From assembly GCA_028534125.1 (NCBI GenBank), contig CM052838.1:52204001-52268000 (forward strand): a DNA stretch of 64,000 bases, in the 5' to 3' direction. Position 1 is the first letter of the stretch. The number at the start of each line of letters is the position of its first letter. Both the position numbers and the translations under genes were made by a program. Below are positions 23,201 to 36,159 of the stretch, piece after piece. The DNA is from Lama glama. Taxonomy: Eukaryota. The notes beneath the pieces are model-generated. The model did not search any database. It had not been told where the DNA came from and saw only the letters and a program-made list of their open reading frames with translations.

Positions 23201-24599
23201 CAAACAAATCATGGACATTTGGAAAAATTGGTTCAACTTTCTGAATCTTATTGTCCTCAACTGTAAAATAATAATGGTTGCTACTATATTAGCCATCAAG
23301 TCAGATTAAATCATTTTACACACGGAACCCAGTTGATGTCCCCTCTTCTGCACCAGTTCTTATACCTGATCAGTCATCTGTGGCCACACAGCAGTCATCC
23401 AACCCCACATCTCATAGGATAAAGGCAGTCCATTCTTCAAGGAAGTTGCCTTCTCTCGGGATATTTCTGGGAACCTGAGGAATGTGAGTACGATCCACGA
23501 GTCTACCCAGGTGGTGGCTTGCCATGCCTCCCAGCCTCCTTGCTCTGCGCCATTGCTCCTCTTCAGCTCAGCTGGCATCTCTGGTACCCTGGCTCCCAGG
23601 CTGTTGACTGTCACCCTTGTACATCTTCACCCCTAACATGGATGCGAGCTCCTTCCTTCAGTCCCCAAAGCACAGCTACAGAGGATGGAAATGGTATAAT
23701 TCCACCCCCAGCTTTTTTAACTTACAGCTGACACATAAAAACTGTATATATTTAAGTTGTACAATATGATTTTTTTCTGAAGTGGAAATGGTATAACCTT
23801 ACCAAATGTATGGGGACAACAGAATTTAACAAAAAGGCCAAGCTTGGCCTTGCATAGCTTCTGCTGGGACTTCATGAAGCAAGAGGCCCCCAAAGGTACT
23901 TTCAGAACATTTCTGCCGAGGAGTACAAGCTACTTTCAGAGAGAGGAAGACCTTCATCCCCTCCAGTCCAAAGCCTACCTCATCGCCTTTAGCAGGATTC
24001 AGACCCTATTGCCAGCAAACCTGACAGTGGGAACCTCCACTCCCCCTGGAGGAAACGCCTACTCAAGCTGTCAGGTTGCCATCTGACCCGCTCGCAAACA
24101 TCACAGACCTTTGTGGCTTCATCAAACCTGCTTCTTCAGCTCTACTAGCCCTGCAGGAGCGGCTCCATAGCCTCCACCCGGTGTTGGGGGCCAGGCCTGC
24201 GTCTGCCTCCTCGTGGGGGTAGATCTTGGCGCTGGATCACTTGTGAGCTCATTTTTGGTCAGAACAACAAACTAATCTCCCAAGAGTATACAGCGATTTT
24301 TTTTTTCAGGCATTGGACACTGAAGTTCCAAGTTTTACATGAAAGAATTTCTGATCTGAGAATTCATCTGGCGCGTCTCCAGTTGACATCTGTAAATAGT
24401 GCGCATTAGGAGGGGAACTGGCCTTACCAGTAGGACCAAAATGACTCAGTGACATGGCCCTTCCTTAAACAAAGGGAATATCTGTTCCAAAAACAAATTT
24501 ATTTTTTTTCCCTCATAAACTGCAGAGACCGTCTGAAATCCCCCAAATGGCTGCTTTCCAACCTCAAATATTTAAAGCCCCAGTGTCTTCCAGGTGCCT

Positions 24600-24760
24600 T
24601 GTTCTAATAAATTATTTCCTTTGATCCTCCCAACAACTTTATGAGGGAAAGTATGGCCTTCTTTCTTTTACAGATGAGGAAACTGAGGCTCAGAAGTGTG
24701 TGATATTTAGCCTCCGGGTAGTAAACTGCAGGGTAGGATTCAAACCCAGCTTAGACCTTT
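24600..24760 (-). mobile_element. MIR SINE
   Basis: ttttacagatgaggaaactgaggctcagaag..aggattcaaacccag. Confidence 0.8.
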
Positions 24761-24901
24761 GTCCTTTGGGACCCTTGTCCCACGACCCTTTCTGGTTCTG
24801 ATGGCCTGCAGTTCTGAGGTCCTTATGGTACTGGGAGGCTGTGACCCTGGCCTGTGGGAAGGCAGCTGTAACTCCCAATTGTTAATACCAACAGAAGGAC
24901 A

Positions 24902-25055
24902 GCACAGGCTGCCTGATTTGCAGGGCCCAGTGCAAAGCGGGAACTTAGGCCCTTATTAAAAAGTTATTAAGAATTCAGCACCGTGACAGCAGAGCATGAA
25001 ACCAGGAGCAGGTCCTTGTGAGTGCTGGGCCCTGGGTGGGTGATGGGCCTGTGAG
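24902..25055 (-). mobile_element. MER45A-like hAT MITE
   Basis: atttgcagggcccagtgcaaa..aaaaagttattaagaattc..gacagcagagcatgaaacca is the reverse complement of the MER45 core. Confidence 0.7.
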
Positions 25056-25809
25056 CTGGCAGCCTGCACAAGTCGCCTTGCTGCTGGGAGAAGCATGGGC
25101 CGCGGGGTGACCTGGTGCTGGAGGAAACTGAGCTGTTTCCTAGCGAGCCTTGTCTACCTGCTCCCCTGGAATGCAGCATGATCGTCAGAGAAAGCAAGAG
25201 ACCGAGATAATTTTTGTAGTTTAACTGCTTTTATTCCTCCCCTATTGTTGTTGTTTTGAATAATCTGTGTGGCTTTTGAAGGAATTGCTCGAACCGATTT
25301 GAGCCTTATTAAGATATGAAAAAATCGGAGGCAAAGGGGACCTGGCGATGAAAGAGGAGCTTTCATTTGGCGCTGCAGGCGTCGGGAACGGAGGGGCCCA
25401 GTGTTGTGCGCTCATCAGAGGCAGGGGGGCGGTGTGGGACAGAGGCGGCGTGGGGGGGGGCAGAGAGCTATGAATGGCAGTGCTGACTCTAAGCAGCAGT
25501 ATGACAATTGGAAACATAAAAGCCCAAGTGGAAAGTGAGAAGGAAAGAGAGAAAAAACAAACCCCCAGCTCCACTACAGCTGAATGAGAGGGAAGTCGAG
25601 AGAGGAGATAGGTAATCATTTTTGCAAGTGGGCAGCAGCCTCTGCTGAAAGGTGGGGTCCCCAGTTGTTCTCTGCAAGGACAGAGGCCGGTGGGCACTTG
25701 GCTGGGTCTCCACAGGAAGTGAGAGACAGTCTAATTTTGGCCAAAGCCTCCCAAATTCTCAGGTCACTGGGCATCCTGTGCACAGCCTGGGGCTGGTCCT
25801 GGGGATACC

Positions 25810-26170
25810 ATGGCTAACAGTCAGGTGTGGTCCCTGCCCTCCTAGAATTCTCAGTCTGGAGGGGGAGCCAGAAAAATGAGCAGGCAGGTGAGCAGGCAGG
25901 GGAGGTGCTAAGGGGAGCAGAGAGGAGGGATGCCTCACCTATAAAAGTCCTCTCCCTAAAAAAGCAATGTTCATGTGGAAATCTGAAGGATGAATGGAAT
26001 TGGTCCAAGTGTTGGGGATGTTGGAGGTAAGGAATGGATCCAGGTGAAAGGGAGAGCGTGTGCAAAGGCCAGGAAGTAAGAAAGAGGATGCTGCATTTGA
26101 GGGATGGACAGTGACTGCTAGGAGAGACCATTCTATCAACAAATGTTAGTTGAGTGGCTACTGCATGCTT
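25810..26170 (-). mobile_element. L2 fragments
   Basis: tggtccctgccctcctagaattctcagtctgg; atctgaaggatgaatggaattg; gtgcaaaggcc; caacaaatgttagttgagtggctac. Confidence 0.65.
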
Positions 26171-26312
26171 CTACACTAGAATGCCATCCACATGTGTGAT
26201 CTCCCCATTCTCCATCATTTGCGTTTCCCATTCTAGGCCCTTTTCTGCTTCTCTGTTTTCCTAATTCTTTCCATCTCATACATCGATTGGCCCTCTTCCT
26301 GGGATTCAGTCC

Positions 26313-26770
26313 ATGTATTAGCAGAATACAAATTCAGCAGCTGTTTCAATGATCAATATCACATTGGCTTAAGCAAGAAAGATGGAAGCTAATTTCACTT
26401 TCACAAGAGTGCTCACAAATAATCACTTGGTTGATGAAGTGGCTCTGCGGAGATAAGGACCCCGAACCTCAGTCTCTCGTTCTTCCACCATCCCTGAGGT
26501 GTTGGCCTTGAATGCATGCTCCAGAGTGGCTCTCTACCATGTCAACTTTCCATGAGGCAAGGTAGAAAGGGACAGAGGAGCACATTCTCCTTTCAAGGTC
26601 ACGGCATGGAAATTGTACACATCATTTCTGCTCACATCCCATTGGCCGGAGCTTAGTCATGGGACCACACATCGATGCAGGGAAGCCCAAAAAATGCAGT
26701 CCAGCGGCGGGCACCCATGCTCAGGGAAATCTCAGAGATAAATGGCTATTCAGATAGCTAGCAGTCTCCG
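26313..26770 (-). mobile_element. MaLR LTR (MLT1J-like)
   Basis: tggcttaagcaaga..catcatttctgctcacatcccattggccggagcttagtcatgggaccaca..tgcagggaag. Confidence 0.75.
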
Positions 26771-28024
26771 TCCTGTGCCATTCTGGTTTGTCATCTGTCT
26801 TCACAGACTAACATGGCAATAATGATGCTCCTGTTTGGTTCAGCCCTGGGCTCCCCATCTCTCATGTAGATGTTAGAAAAGCAGGGAACACCAATGTTGA
26901 AAAGTTAAATATCTAAATATCATCCTGTGCTCAGCTAACACACAAGACAAGTCAAGCAGTACAACATTTATGGTCAATAAAAATTCCTCTTCTAAGGGCA
27001 GGGCAATGGAGGTTTACTCACTTTATTTAAAAGAGCTTTGTTGGTTAGATTAAATGCTGAGTTATTCCTCTTTTGGGCCTTAAAAGCTCTCCATTGAGAA
27101 GAGATGGTGAAGGCCATAGACTTGCCCTTTAAGTCCGTAATCAAGGCCCAGCCTGAATTCCGCAGGCTTTGTTCCTTCCAAGGGCAGGGAAAGAAAAAAG
27201 TGACAGATTGACAAGGAAAACTGGTGGGTGGTGAATGCACTCTCCCCAAAGAAGGCTTTGGGAGCAAGAGAGATGGGCCATCCCTGAGTGAATGGGTTCA
27301 GCCAGAGAGATGATCCAGATAATCCAATAAAACACTTCTTGTTTTGGTGACTAATCCACCTGTCATACTCTATTTCCAGGAGCTCAAACTGTCACAAGTG
27401 ATTCTGAGGCTTCATGTTCACTTTCTGGTTGGCCCAGGATTAAATTTTCATCTCAGGCCTCTCTCCAAGCCGTCTACTTATGTTTTAGGCAATAGCAGAC
27501 TAAGTAAGAAGAAATTAAGATGGGAGCAAAACCATTTCGTACAGCTCAGGTCTCAGTGCTTGTGATTTGGGGTTTGCCTGCTGCTTTAGATGATGTGTGT
27601 TCCTCAAGTCCTTGCCCTCCGAGGCACACTGGATGGCATGAAGGCCACCTGTGTACGTGTCTAGCTCTTATAGCAGGTGGAGAGGTTTTGAGGAACAAGT
27701 CTCCATCCCAGTTTGCGTGGCCTTCCCGGCATCCAGGTTGGCTCCTGATACATGGTAAGTATTGAATCAGGGTTTGTTGAGTTGATGACTTCATTCAGAT
27801 AACCAAGGCTGCCTGTGGCCCTTTTCAGTTAACCTAGTTTGCCATTATCAGCAGCATAAGTTATCTGAATGCCATGTTTCTTTCATAGTTGCGTGTTTTC
27901 TAGCTGTGACTCCATCTTCCCCCTGCCTCATCTTCCCTCTAAGAGTCCTTTGCTGTCTTTAAAACAGGAAGGAGTGCCTATCAGAGGCTAGAAGAATCTA
28001 TGCACCATAAAAATTAATGATACG

Positions 28025-29165
28025 GAAAACCATTTGGTAGTTTCTTACTATACACTAAACATACACTTTTGCCTTAAGACCCAGCCATCACACTCTTGGA
28101 TATTTATCCCAGAGAAATCAAGGCTTATGTTCAGACAAAAACCTGTACGTGGTGTTCATAGTAGCTTTATTTGTAGTAGCCTAAAACTAGAAACAATCCA
28201 AATGTCTTCCACTGGGTGGATGGTTGAACATCCTCATCTATCCACACAGTGGAATACTCTTCAACAATAAAAAAGAGAACAAACTTCTGAGACAAGTAAT
28301 GTAGTGGTTAGCTAGAGTTGCTGTAACAAAGTATCACAAAACAGAGAGGCTTAACCAACAGAAATTTATTATTTTATGGTTCTGGAGGCTAGAAGTCCAA
28401 GATCAAGGCTAGCTTTTGGCAGTTCCCTGGCTTGTGACAGTATAACTCCAATATTTACATGGTGTCTGTGTCTAAATTTCTCCCTTTTATAAGGACACCA
28501 GTCATTTTGGACTAGGCGCCCACCCTGCTCTTGTATGACCTCATCTTACCTAATTACATCTGCAGTGATCCTGTTTCCAAATAAGGTCAGATTCTGAGGT
28601 GGCAGGAATTAGGACTTCAACATACGAGTTTGAGTGGGACACAATTTAACTCATAACATATAACAGCAGGAATCAAGGCATTATGTTTAGTGTAAAAAGC
28701 TGGTATCAAAAGATTTCATCCCTTTATGTAACATACACAAAATGACAAAACAGTAGAAACAGAGCGCAGAGTGGTGGTTGCCAGGAGACAGGGACGGGGT
28801 GGCGGGGTGAGTCTATAAAGGGTAGCACAGCACAAGGGAGTTTCTTTGTGGTGATGAAATAGTCTGGATCCCATTTGGTGGCAGTTATACGAATCTATAT
28901 GAGGGATCAAATTGCATTGAACCACACCCTCTGCCCCCAAAGCACAGGAGTGTGTATAAACTGGTAAAAAACTGAACAAGGTCTGTAGTTTAGTTAGCAG
29001 TATTATGTCAATGTCAATTTTCTGGTTTCAATATTGTGCTATTCACATAAGATACAACCACTGGGGGAAGCTGGGTGAAGGGTTCATGGGACCGTTCTAT
29101 ATACTATTCTTACAACTTCCTATGAGTCTGTAACCATTTCAAAACAAAAGGTTACAAAAATTGAA
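28025..29165 (+). mobile_element. LINE-1 3' end (L1MC/MD-like) split by MLT1B
   Basis: cactcttggatatttatcccagagaaat..aaaacctgtac; resumes after 28658 and runs to gggggaagctgggtgaagggt..caacttcctatgagtct..tttcaaaacaaaagg. Confidence 0.85.
28300..28658 (-). mobile_element. MaLR solo LTR (MLT1B-like) nested in L1
   Basis: gctgtaacaaagtatcaca..ttctggaggctagaagtccaagatcaagg..ttccaaataaggtca..ggacacaatttaactcataaca. Confidence 0.85.
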
Positions 29166-29719
29166 CAATATTGCTATATTGGTGGGTGAGGGGAGGAAAT
29201 GAGACACTGGGGGCATAGATTGGGTTAAAAAGTTTCTCCTGATATGGTCATAATCCTAAAAAGGCTCCTCACCTCCTAAATTCCATGACATTTGCAATCA
29301 TACCACCTTCCTTCTCTACAGCAAAATGAGGAGCTATGTTTAGGTTAGATGGGCAGCAGAAGGCGGAGACCAGAGCACAAATATTTATTCATTTCCATCC
29401 AGACTTCTACCCAGGACTTGATTTTCCAGATTTTCAGAAAGATCCTCTGTCTAGACCCCAGCTTCTCAGATCAGCAATTACCCAGTGCTTTCATCCACCC
29501 CTTTCCTTAAAGTCTTGGTGCCTGGGGAGCACCTCACCTACCCTGCAGGCTTGGGGACCTGGCTCTATCTGAGGCTGGGGAGTCTTGTCCAGCCCACACC
29601 CTGCCCACCTCCAGCTTTACCTGTGCACAGAGCAAGGCTACACTCCCAAGCCAGACTTACTGCATGTTCTCATCTGGATCAAACCACTGGCAGAAAAGCT
29701 GGCTTTGCAGTTTCCAAGC

Positions 29720-29830
29720 CTCAGTTCAGATGACCCGGGTTCCAGGCTGCCTCTGCTGCATGTACTTAGGCAAGTTGCTACTCTTCTTTACCTCAGTTTC
29801 CTCAACTGTCCAGGGAGGATAAATCCTTTG
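29720..29830 (+). mobile_element. MIR SINE
   Basis: cttaggcaagttgctactcttctttacctcagtttcctcaactgt. Confidence 0.7.
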
Positions 29831-30179
29831 TATCTAATCCTGAAGCCAGGAATATCCTAAAGCTTAAACATTATAAACGATGGGAAGGTTTCATGCAAAT
29901 GCAAGGTTCTGCTATAAAGACCTCATAATAATAGCCTAATAGTGGTTAATCATTACGCATCTTCCACAGACTAAGTACAAATATTGCCTCTTAATTCTTG
30001 TGTCATGGACCTCCTGGGGTTATACCAAGTTCATTCCATGCCCACCTAGGAAATTGCCCCCCAACCCTGTTCACTGTGACTATCTCTAAAAGCTACAGAA
30101 ATTTTTGTCTCTGAGTCTTGACCAAGAAGACCTGGGGCTCGGTTTGCTTTCAAGGGTCTTTTCCCGAAGATTCCTGGGG

Positions 30180-30375
30180 CAGTGGCATGACTGAGCCAGC
30201 ATGACAAGCTCTCGAGAGCTGAATGTGCCAGACCTCTTCCCAGGCCTGGGTCAGGGACACCACGGTGGGGCTTGAAATCGGCCGTGGTGAGAATATTTAC
30301 ACTGTGGAAATCAGCGAACACTACAAATCAGGGCTTTATGTTTGTTGCCCCAGGAAGTCAGTCTTCCAGTCTAGG
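30180..30375. mobile_element. MER63A-like hAT-Blackjack MITE
   Basis: gcttgaaatcggccgtggtgagaatatttacactgtggaaatcagcgaacactacaaatcagggc matches the recalled MER63 core. Confidence 0.75.
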
Positions 30376-30714
30376 CAGATCCATTGCAAATGGGTGTATT
30401 CAAATATCTACCAATTCCCAAGGTGGATGGGAGGATTTGGCCACCAACATAAACTAGTAATTATGAACGTACTTGAGATAACTGTTCTAGAGCTTACTAG
30501 CTGTGTTCCCAAGGACAATTTACTTATCCTCTCTAAGTCTATGTTCCTTCTCTATAAAAAGAGTATATTGACAGAGTCTACCTCCCACCCTTAAAGCACC
30601 TCTCATTTTAGCTTTTTTTATTGTACTTTTGGTTGCTACTGTTTTTATTATGAGTTTCCTGATCTCTGTAAGAAGGTAGTTTTTAAATAGTTGACCATCC
30701 CACTCTTCTAAGAG

Positions 30715-30972
30715 ATGTATAGTGTAATATTGTGAGAACAGACTCTGGAAGCTTCCACCTGTGTTCAAATCCTCAGTCTACTACTTGTTAGTGTATAACC
30801 TTGGGCAAGTGTCTTAACCTCTCAGTGGCCTGATTTCCTCATCTGCAGGGTGGAGATTGCAATAATATCTACCTCTTAGCATCATCCTGAGGATTAAATG
30901 AGTCAGTGTGTGTGGAGCACATGCAGCAGCGCCTGAGTCATACATAGTAAATACTATTGGGAGTTTGCTATA
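30715..30972 (+). mobile_element. Near full-length MIR
   Basis: agactctgga..cctgtgttcaaatcctcag..accttgggcaagtgtcttaacctctc..tttcctcatctg..tgaggattaaatgag..acatagtaaatact. Confidence 0.85.
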
Positions 30973-30989
30973 ACTACACTGAAAGGGAT

Positions 30990-31452
30990 TGTACGGGGTT
31001 AATTAGCATCCCCCAAGAATTCATAATCTTCCCAGAACCTCAGGATGTCATCTTATTTGGGAATAAGATTGCTGTAGGTGTAATTAGGTAAGATGACACC
31101 CGGGAATAGGGTGAGTCCCTCATCTACTCTGAGTGGAAAGAAGAGGCAAGGCACAGAGCTAGACACACACAGAGGGAAAAGATGTGAAGTTACACAGGGA
31201 GAACGCCGTGTGATGACAGAGGCAGAGATCGGACTGATGCAGTGGAAGCCAAGGAATGCCTGCATTGTTGGCAATGTTCAGAAGCTAGGAGGAGGCAAGG
31301 AAGGATTGTCTCTGAGAGACTTAAGAAGCAAGTGACCTTGTCAACACCGTGATTTTGGACTTCTAGCCTTTAGAACTAAGATCATAAATTTTGTTGTTTT
31401 AAGTCAACCATTTTGGGATAATTTGTTACAGCAGCCACAGGAAACTAATACA
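30990..31452 (+). mobile_element. MaLR solo LTR (MLT1C-like), full length
   Basis: TG...CA termini, cttatttgggaataag, gttacagcagccacaggaaactaataca; 5-bp target-site duplication gggat/gtgat. Confidence 0.9.
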
Positions 31453-31489
31453 GTGATCCTGTTGGAGAGATTTGGATGAGGTTGAAATA

Positions 31490-31668
31490 CAGATTTCCCC
31501 CACTATCCAAAAGCAGAGTGTTCCTATGAAACTCTTCATAAGCCAAAATGGCATAAAGCAAAGAAGAAACTACTCTTTTTTTTTGATTAAAGTGAAAACA
31601 GATATAAAGCAGGTCTTCCATAAAAGCAAAGCAGTGTAAACTGAACTTTCAGAGAGTGAAGATACCTT
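31490..31668. mobile_element. Short Tigger MITE (artiodactyl-type, Tigger_Art-like)
   Basis: TA-flanked; degenerate termini cagatttccccc / gtgaagatacct; internal ttcctatgaaactcttcataagccaaaatggcataaagc. Confidence 0.6.
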
Positions 31669-32199
31669 ATCCACTGCCTTGCTTTCAAACCCCACTACTT
31701 GTGTGTTTTTTGCTACCCTCTCTGCTTTTGCTCTGTTGGCTCTTTCCCCTGGGTCCAGGCTCCAATAGCAGCTGACCTCTTAGCAGCTACATAGTGGGTC
31801 TTGGAGGCAACTTGGCTGGGAAACGTGTGAGGCCTGCAGGCGGCTGACCCAGGTTTCACAATGCCCCCTCGTGAGGTCTGTGGGCTCACCCCTAGAGTCC
31901 CCCATGATCAACCTCCAAATATCTGCCCTGGAAAGATGACAAATACATCAATTTGAAAGACGAATTCGAGTTTGTGATTAGCCTTTAAAGGGTTCACACA
32001 TCTTACCTTCTGAGATGCCACGCCCCTCTCTTTGCCAAAAGTTCTATTTTGCTGACTCTCTTATTTTTCGTGGTTGAAGGGAAAGATTTTCTAAGTTCTT
32101 TTGGTATATTACTGGCTGTTCAGTACCTGCCACACACTGATGTCACACTTCACAGCGTAGCGGCATTGGAGTTCCCGACACTTAAAGGAAAGAATTGCC

Positions 32200-32420
32200 A
32201 GCCTATCATATTCCGGGCACTGGTCTGAACTGTTATTTACATGACATAATTTTAACTTCCCTGTGACCCTGAGAGCTTGTCATCATGATCCCTGCTTTGC
32301 AGAGTAGGAAACTGGGACCTACCCAGAAGGTGTATGTGACTTACCCACTATCACAGAGCCAGAGTCAGGGTTGGGATTTATTTGAGCCCCTGAGGTCTGA
32401 CTCAAGGCCCAGCCCTTTGC
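32200..32420 (-). mobile_element. MIR SINE
   Basis: ttgcagagtaggaaactggg..tgacttaccca..tcacagagcc..gggatttatttgagccc. Confidence 0.65.
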
Positions 32421-33474
32421 CACTGTACTGGTGTTGATGAAAGTGTGGCCCATGGGACGTGGGTCCTGCAGGTGCCCATGAAAAGAGGCCCCAAGGTAAA
32501 ATACGTTTGAGAAAGAGTGGCTGCAAAGGACAGCTCCCTCCTTAGAGTTGCCAAAAAACCCCACAAACACCCTGGTAAGTCTGATGAATACTTTTTTGGT
32601 GTAAGTATGCACCACGCGATTCAAATCAAAAGAGCCTCCTTTTTTTCACCCTCTCAGTGTGGCGACTCTGTTCCTGGACACTCACTAATGCACACTTGTA
32701 GATTACCATCTCCAAGAGATCCTGTTTGATTTCTCTTAACGCAGACGTTTTCAAACTATTTGGAAAATCCTTTTGGGGACACATTTTGGGAACACGTGTT
32801 ACACCATAAACATGGTGCCCCTCCATCAGCCTGTCCATTTGGCTTTTAAACTGGAATAAATCCACGAAGGGCAAATTTGTTTTCACACCCGAGCGATTCC
32901 CACTGCCACCTTCACTGCCATTTCATCAACGTAGGACAACTACCTAATTGTTTCCTATCCCATCCCCCCTAGTTTGTCACATGCTGCCGAAGAAATCTCC
33001 ATAAAGCACCCCTTGGGTCACGCCAGCTTTCTGACCTAGTAAGATCTCCCATTCCCACATAGGATAGAGTTTTGATCACTTCACCTGCTCTTTGAGAATG
33101 TAGATAAACTCACTCTGGCCAATTTTTCCCATCCCATCATCCATCCTGACCTCCCCTCCACTCCTGCCAGGCTGCTCACACCCATTCCCAATTCTCTGAC
33201 ACTTCTACCTTCAAAACTTTACTTATGGCATCCCTTGGCCTGGGAAGCCCTGACCTTCATTCTCCATATGCCAGACAAAGGCCTGGCTCCTGCCTGTCCC
33301 TGCCACCAAATGAAATCAGCTAATTGTCTGACTCATGCATTTTGCTCTCATATTAATTATGTTAAAGCCTTGTCTTGCTATGTGTGTGTTGTATTGGCTG
33401 CATATATTTTGTATTATGATTAGAAGTATTCTGGTATCTATTTAACTTTTTATGGAGTTTCTTCTAGGCTTTCT

Positions 33475-33945
33475 TTTTTAAAAATAATTTATTCAGGTGA
33501 AATTCATATAACATCATTAACCATTTTAAAGTCAATGATTCCATGGTATTTAGTACATTCACAACATTGTGCAACCACTACTTCTATCAAGTTCCAAAAC
33601 ATCTTCATCACGCCAAAGTGAAATTCCCTACCCATTAAGCAGTTTCTCCACACCCCTCCCTCCCCCAGCCCCTGGCAACTATCAGTTAGCTTTCTGTGGC
33701 TCTGGATTTATCTAGTTTGAATATTTCATATAAACGGAATCATACAATAGGTGTACTTACCTGGTTTCCTTCATTTAGCATAATGTTTTCAAGGCTTAAC
33801 CCCCATTGTAGCATGGATCAGGTATGCCATTCCTTTTTATGGTTGAATAATATTCCTTTGGGTGTATATACTACAATTTGTCTATCTGTTCACCTGTTGA
33901 TGGACATTTGGACTTTTCTGCCTTTTGGATATTGTGAATGGCTGG
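33475..33945 (-). mobile_element. LINE-1 3' UTR (L1MB7-like), antisense
   Basis: tttagtacattcacaacattgtgcaaccac..ccccagcccctggcaact..atttcatataaacggaatcatacaata..ttcctttttatggttgaataatattcc. Confidence 0.85.
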
Positions 33946-34051
33946 TGGTCTTTCTTGTATAGTGTTTTGCTTGATTTATTTTCTGTAAGAATTTCTCAGT
34001 AGGGATGTTGCCAATGGGAAAAACTGAGTCTCTGAGGAGGAACTGCTCTTT

Positions 34052-34480
34052 GGATCAGTCAGGGAGCAGGGAGGAACTAGATGGTCCTTTCAAAGTGGAG
34101 AATGAGTCAAGGTTAATGAAGGTGCTATTGATGGAAGTTACCAGCAGGTGCAAGGAAACCAGTAGGGGTGGGGAAGTGCCCTGAGCTGGAAACAGCAGGA
34201 AGCCGTGTGTGCCCCTCGGCCTGCAGGGGTACGGAGAGAGGCTGTTGCTAGGATCCAGAGAGGGTTCTAGGCCAGGGCTGCCTGGCAGGGACCAAGGCCT
34301 ACAGAAAAGAAACCCATCAGCCAACAATCCACAGCCTGGGGGTGAGACAGCTGGGGGCATGAATACCAGGATGTCCCTCCTCACACCCTCCAGACTCCTA
34401 CCTCCATTGGCCAAACCCAAGTGGAAGCCAAGGGCAGGGAAGCCAGCCCTCCAGACGTAGAACAGGGGAAGGATGGAGGG
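34052..34480. mobile_element. Ancient LTR remnant (subfamily uncertain)
   Basis: aaggaaaccagtagggg..gctggaaacagcaggaagcc..cctccattggccaaacccaagtggaagccaagggcaggga resembles old ERVL-type LTRs. Confidence 0.45.
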
Positions 34481-35019
34481 TGTGTCTGGGGGGTTGTGGC
34501 AAACAACCTATAAAGTATTGCTTTTGTCCCACGGCCTGAGTCAGGACTTGAACCAGGGTCTCCTGATCCCGGATTCCACACTCTTTCCAGCTCCAGAGGC
34601 AAGTGCCAACTGGCCCATCTCAGATGCATTACTGATGTCCCTGCATTTCCCTTCCACTGCCACTCACTTTCCGCATCCCTCTAGGGGTCCCCAGGAGTCA
34701 GGGGTCTGCAGAGGTGCCTGGTCCTGTCTCTGGCTCCCTCTTCTCATCCTCCCTCTGCCGCCGTGTCCAGTCTCCGGCTGTGCTCCCTGGCTCTGCACAC
34801 CAAGTGAGGCAGGCCAGGGGGCCCCTGGGGATGCAGGCTTTTCTTCTTTCTCCCTTGTTCATGTTCATTCTGAAGCCATAAGAGAGCTCTGGAGAGAAAG
34901 AGCTGAGAAAATCAGGGGCCGAGAGTCTGTTGTGAAAGGAGTCCTTGGAGACAATGCAGTGAGTGCTTAGCGAGGCCTGAATGCGGGGCTTACTGCGGCA
35001 CTGAGCCCTCCCAGAGGCC

Positions 35020-35495
35020 TTTGTATGGCTCTCTATTGAACGTTACTAAGCCCTCAATGGGCCCCCATTGTGCTCAGAAGAAACCCAAACCCCCCACCCA
35101 GACCCACAGGGCTCCGGCCGCATCCTGTACCACTTGCCTTCCTCTCCTCCCCACGCCCCTTCCTGCAGCCCCGGGCACACCAAGCCTGTCCCACATCCAG
35201 ACCTTTCCACCTGCTGGATCTGCTCCGGGGCTGCCCCTTCCTCTCCCTGGGAATGGCTTCTGCTCCTGCTCCTGGTCCCCCACGAAAGGTCACCTCCTTA
35301 GAAAGGCCTTTCTTGGCCTAAACCAGATCCCCCTTTCCCTGATCCCCCGTTTTCTGTCTCGGCACGTCTGCACTGCTCTGTCTGTTTCTCCCAAGGGCCT
35401 GGGCGTGGAGCTGGCCGGCCTTGTTCACCGCTCCACCCGCAGTGCCCACCAGAACCCAGCGCAGAGCAGGCGCTGGAGATGTGCTCATTGGATCA
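35020..35495 (+). mobile_element. L2 3' region
   Basis: cccattgtgctcagaagaaacccaaa..ggtcacctccttagaaaggccttt..ccttgttcaccgct..cccagcgcagagcaggcgct. Confidence 0.6.
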
Positions 35496-35667
35496 CAGAG
35501 GGGGTGACATTTTTTAACACTTCCACCATTTAGATATGACCTCTATTTGGATTTCTGCTCTTACACACAAATAACGTACAAAAACATCTCTAAACATTGG
35601 ACTTGGGGGCTGCACACTGTGTCTTTTGTCAGCAGAGGTTCTGGCTTTTCCTGTGGTTTCCTCTATG

Positions 35668-36159
35668 CACATCCTCCTCGACTTACATCCTAATAAACCC
35701 ATCATAAGCTAAAAATATTAAGTTGTAAATGCATTTAATACAGTACACCTAACCTACGGAACACCAGAGCTAAACCTCACCTGACTTAAACAGTCTCAGA
35801 ACACTTACATTAGCCTACAGTTGGTCAAAACCATCTAACACAGAGCCTACTTTATAATAACGTGTTGACTATCTCATGTAACATACTGAATACCGTACTG
35901 AAAGTGAAGCCCGGAATGGTTGTCTGGGTACAGCCTGGTTGTAGGTGTATCGGTTGTTCACCCTTGTGATCCCATGGCTGCCTGGGAGCTGAGGCTTCAG
36001 CCCAGCATCACAAGAGAGAATCAGACCACGTCTCGCTAGCCCAGGAAAAGGTCCACATTCAAAATCTGAAGTACGATTTCTGCTGGATGCATATCACTTT
36101 CACGCCATCGTAAAGTTGCAGAACTGTAAGTCGAACCATTACGAGTCGGGAATCCTCTG
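35668..36159. mobile_element. Tigger5/MER47-like DNA transposon
   Basis: ctcctcgacttac..taaacccatcataag..ctcagaacacttacattagcctacagttgg..gtaagtcgaaccattacgagtcggg, followed by TA. Confidence 0.8.

Noticed and set aside
23834-23851. Perfect 18-bp palindrome aaggccaagcttggcctt
   Set aside because: About 0.2 expected by chance in 60 kb (4^-9 per position); no supporting context.
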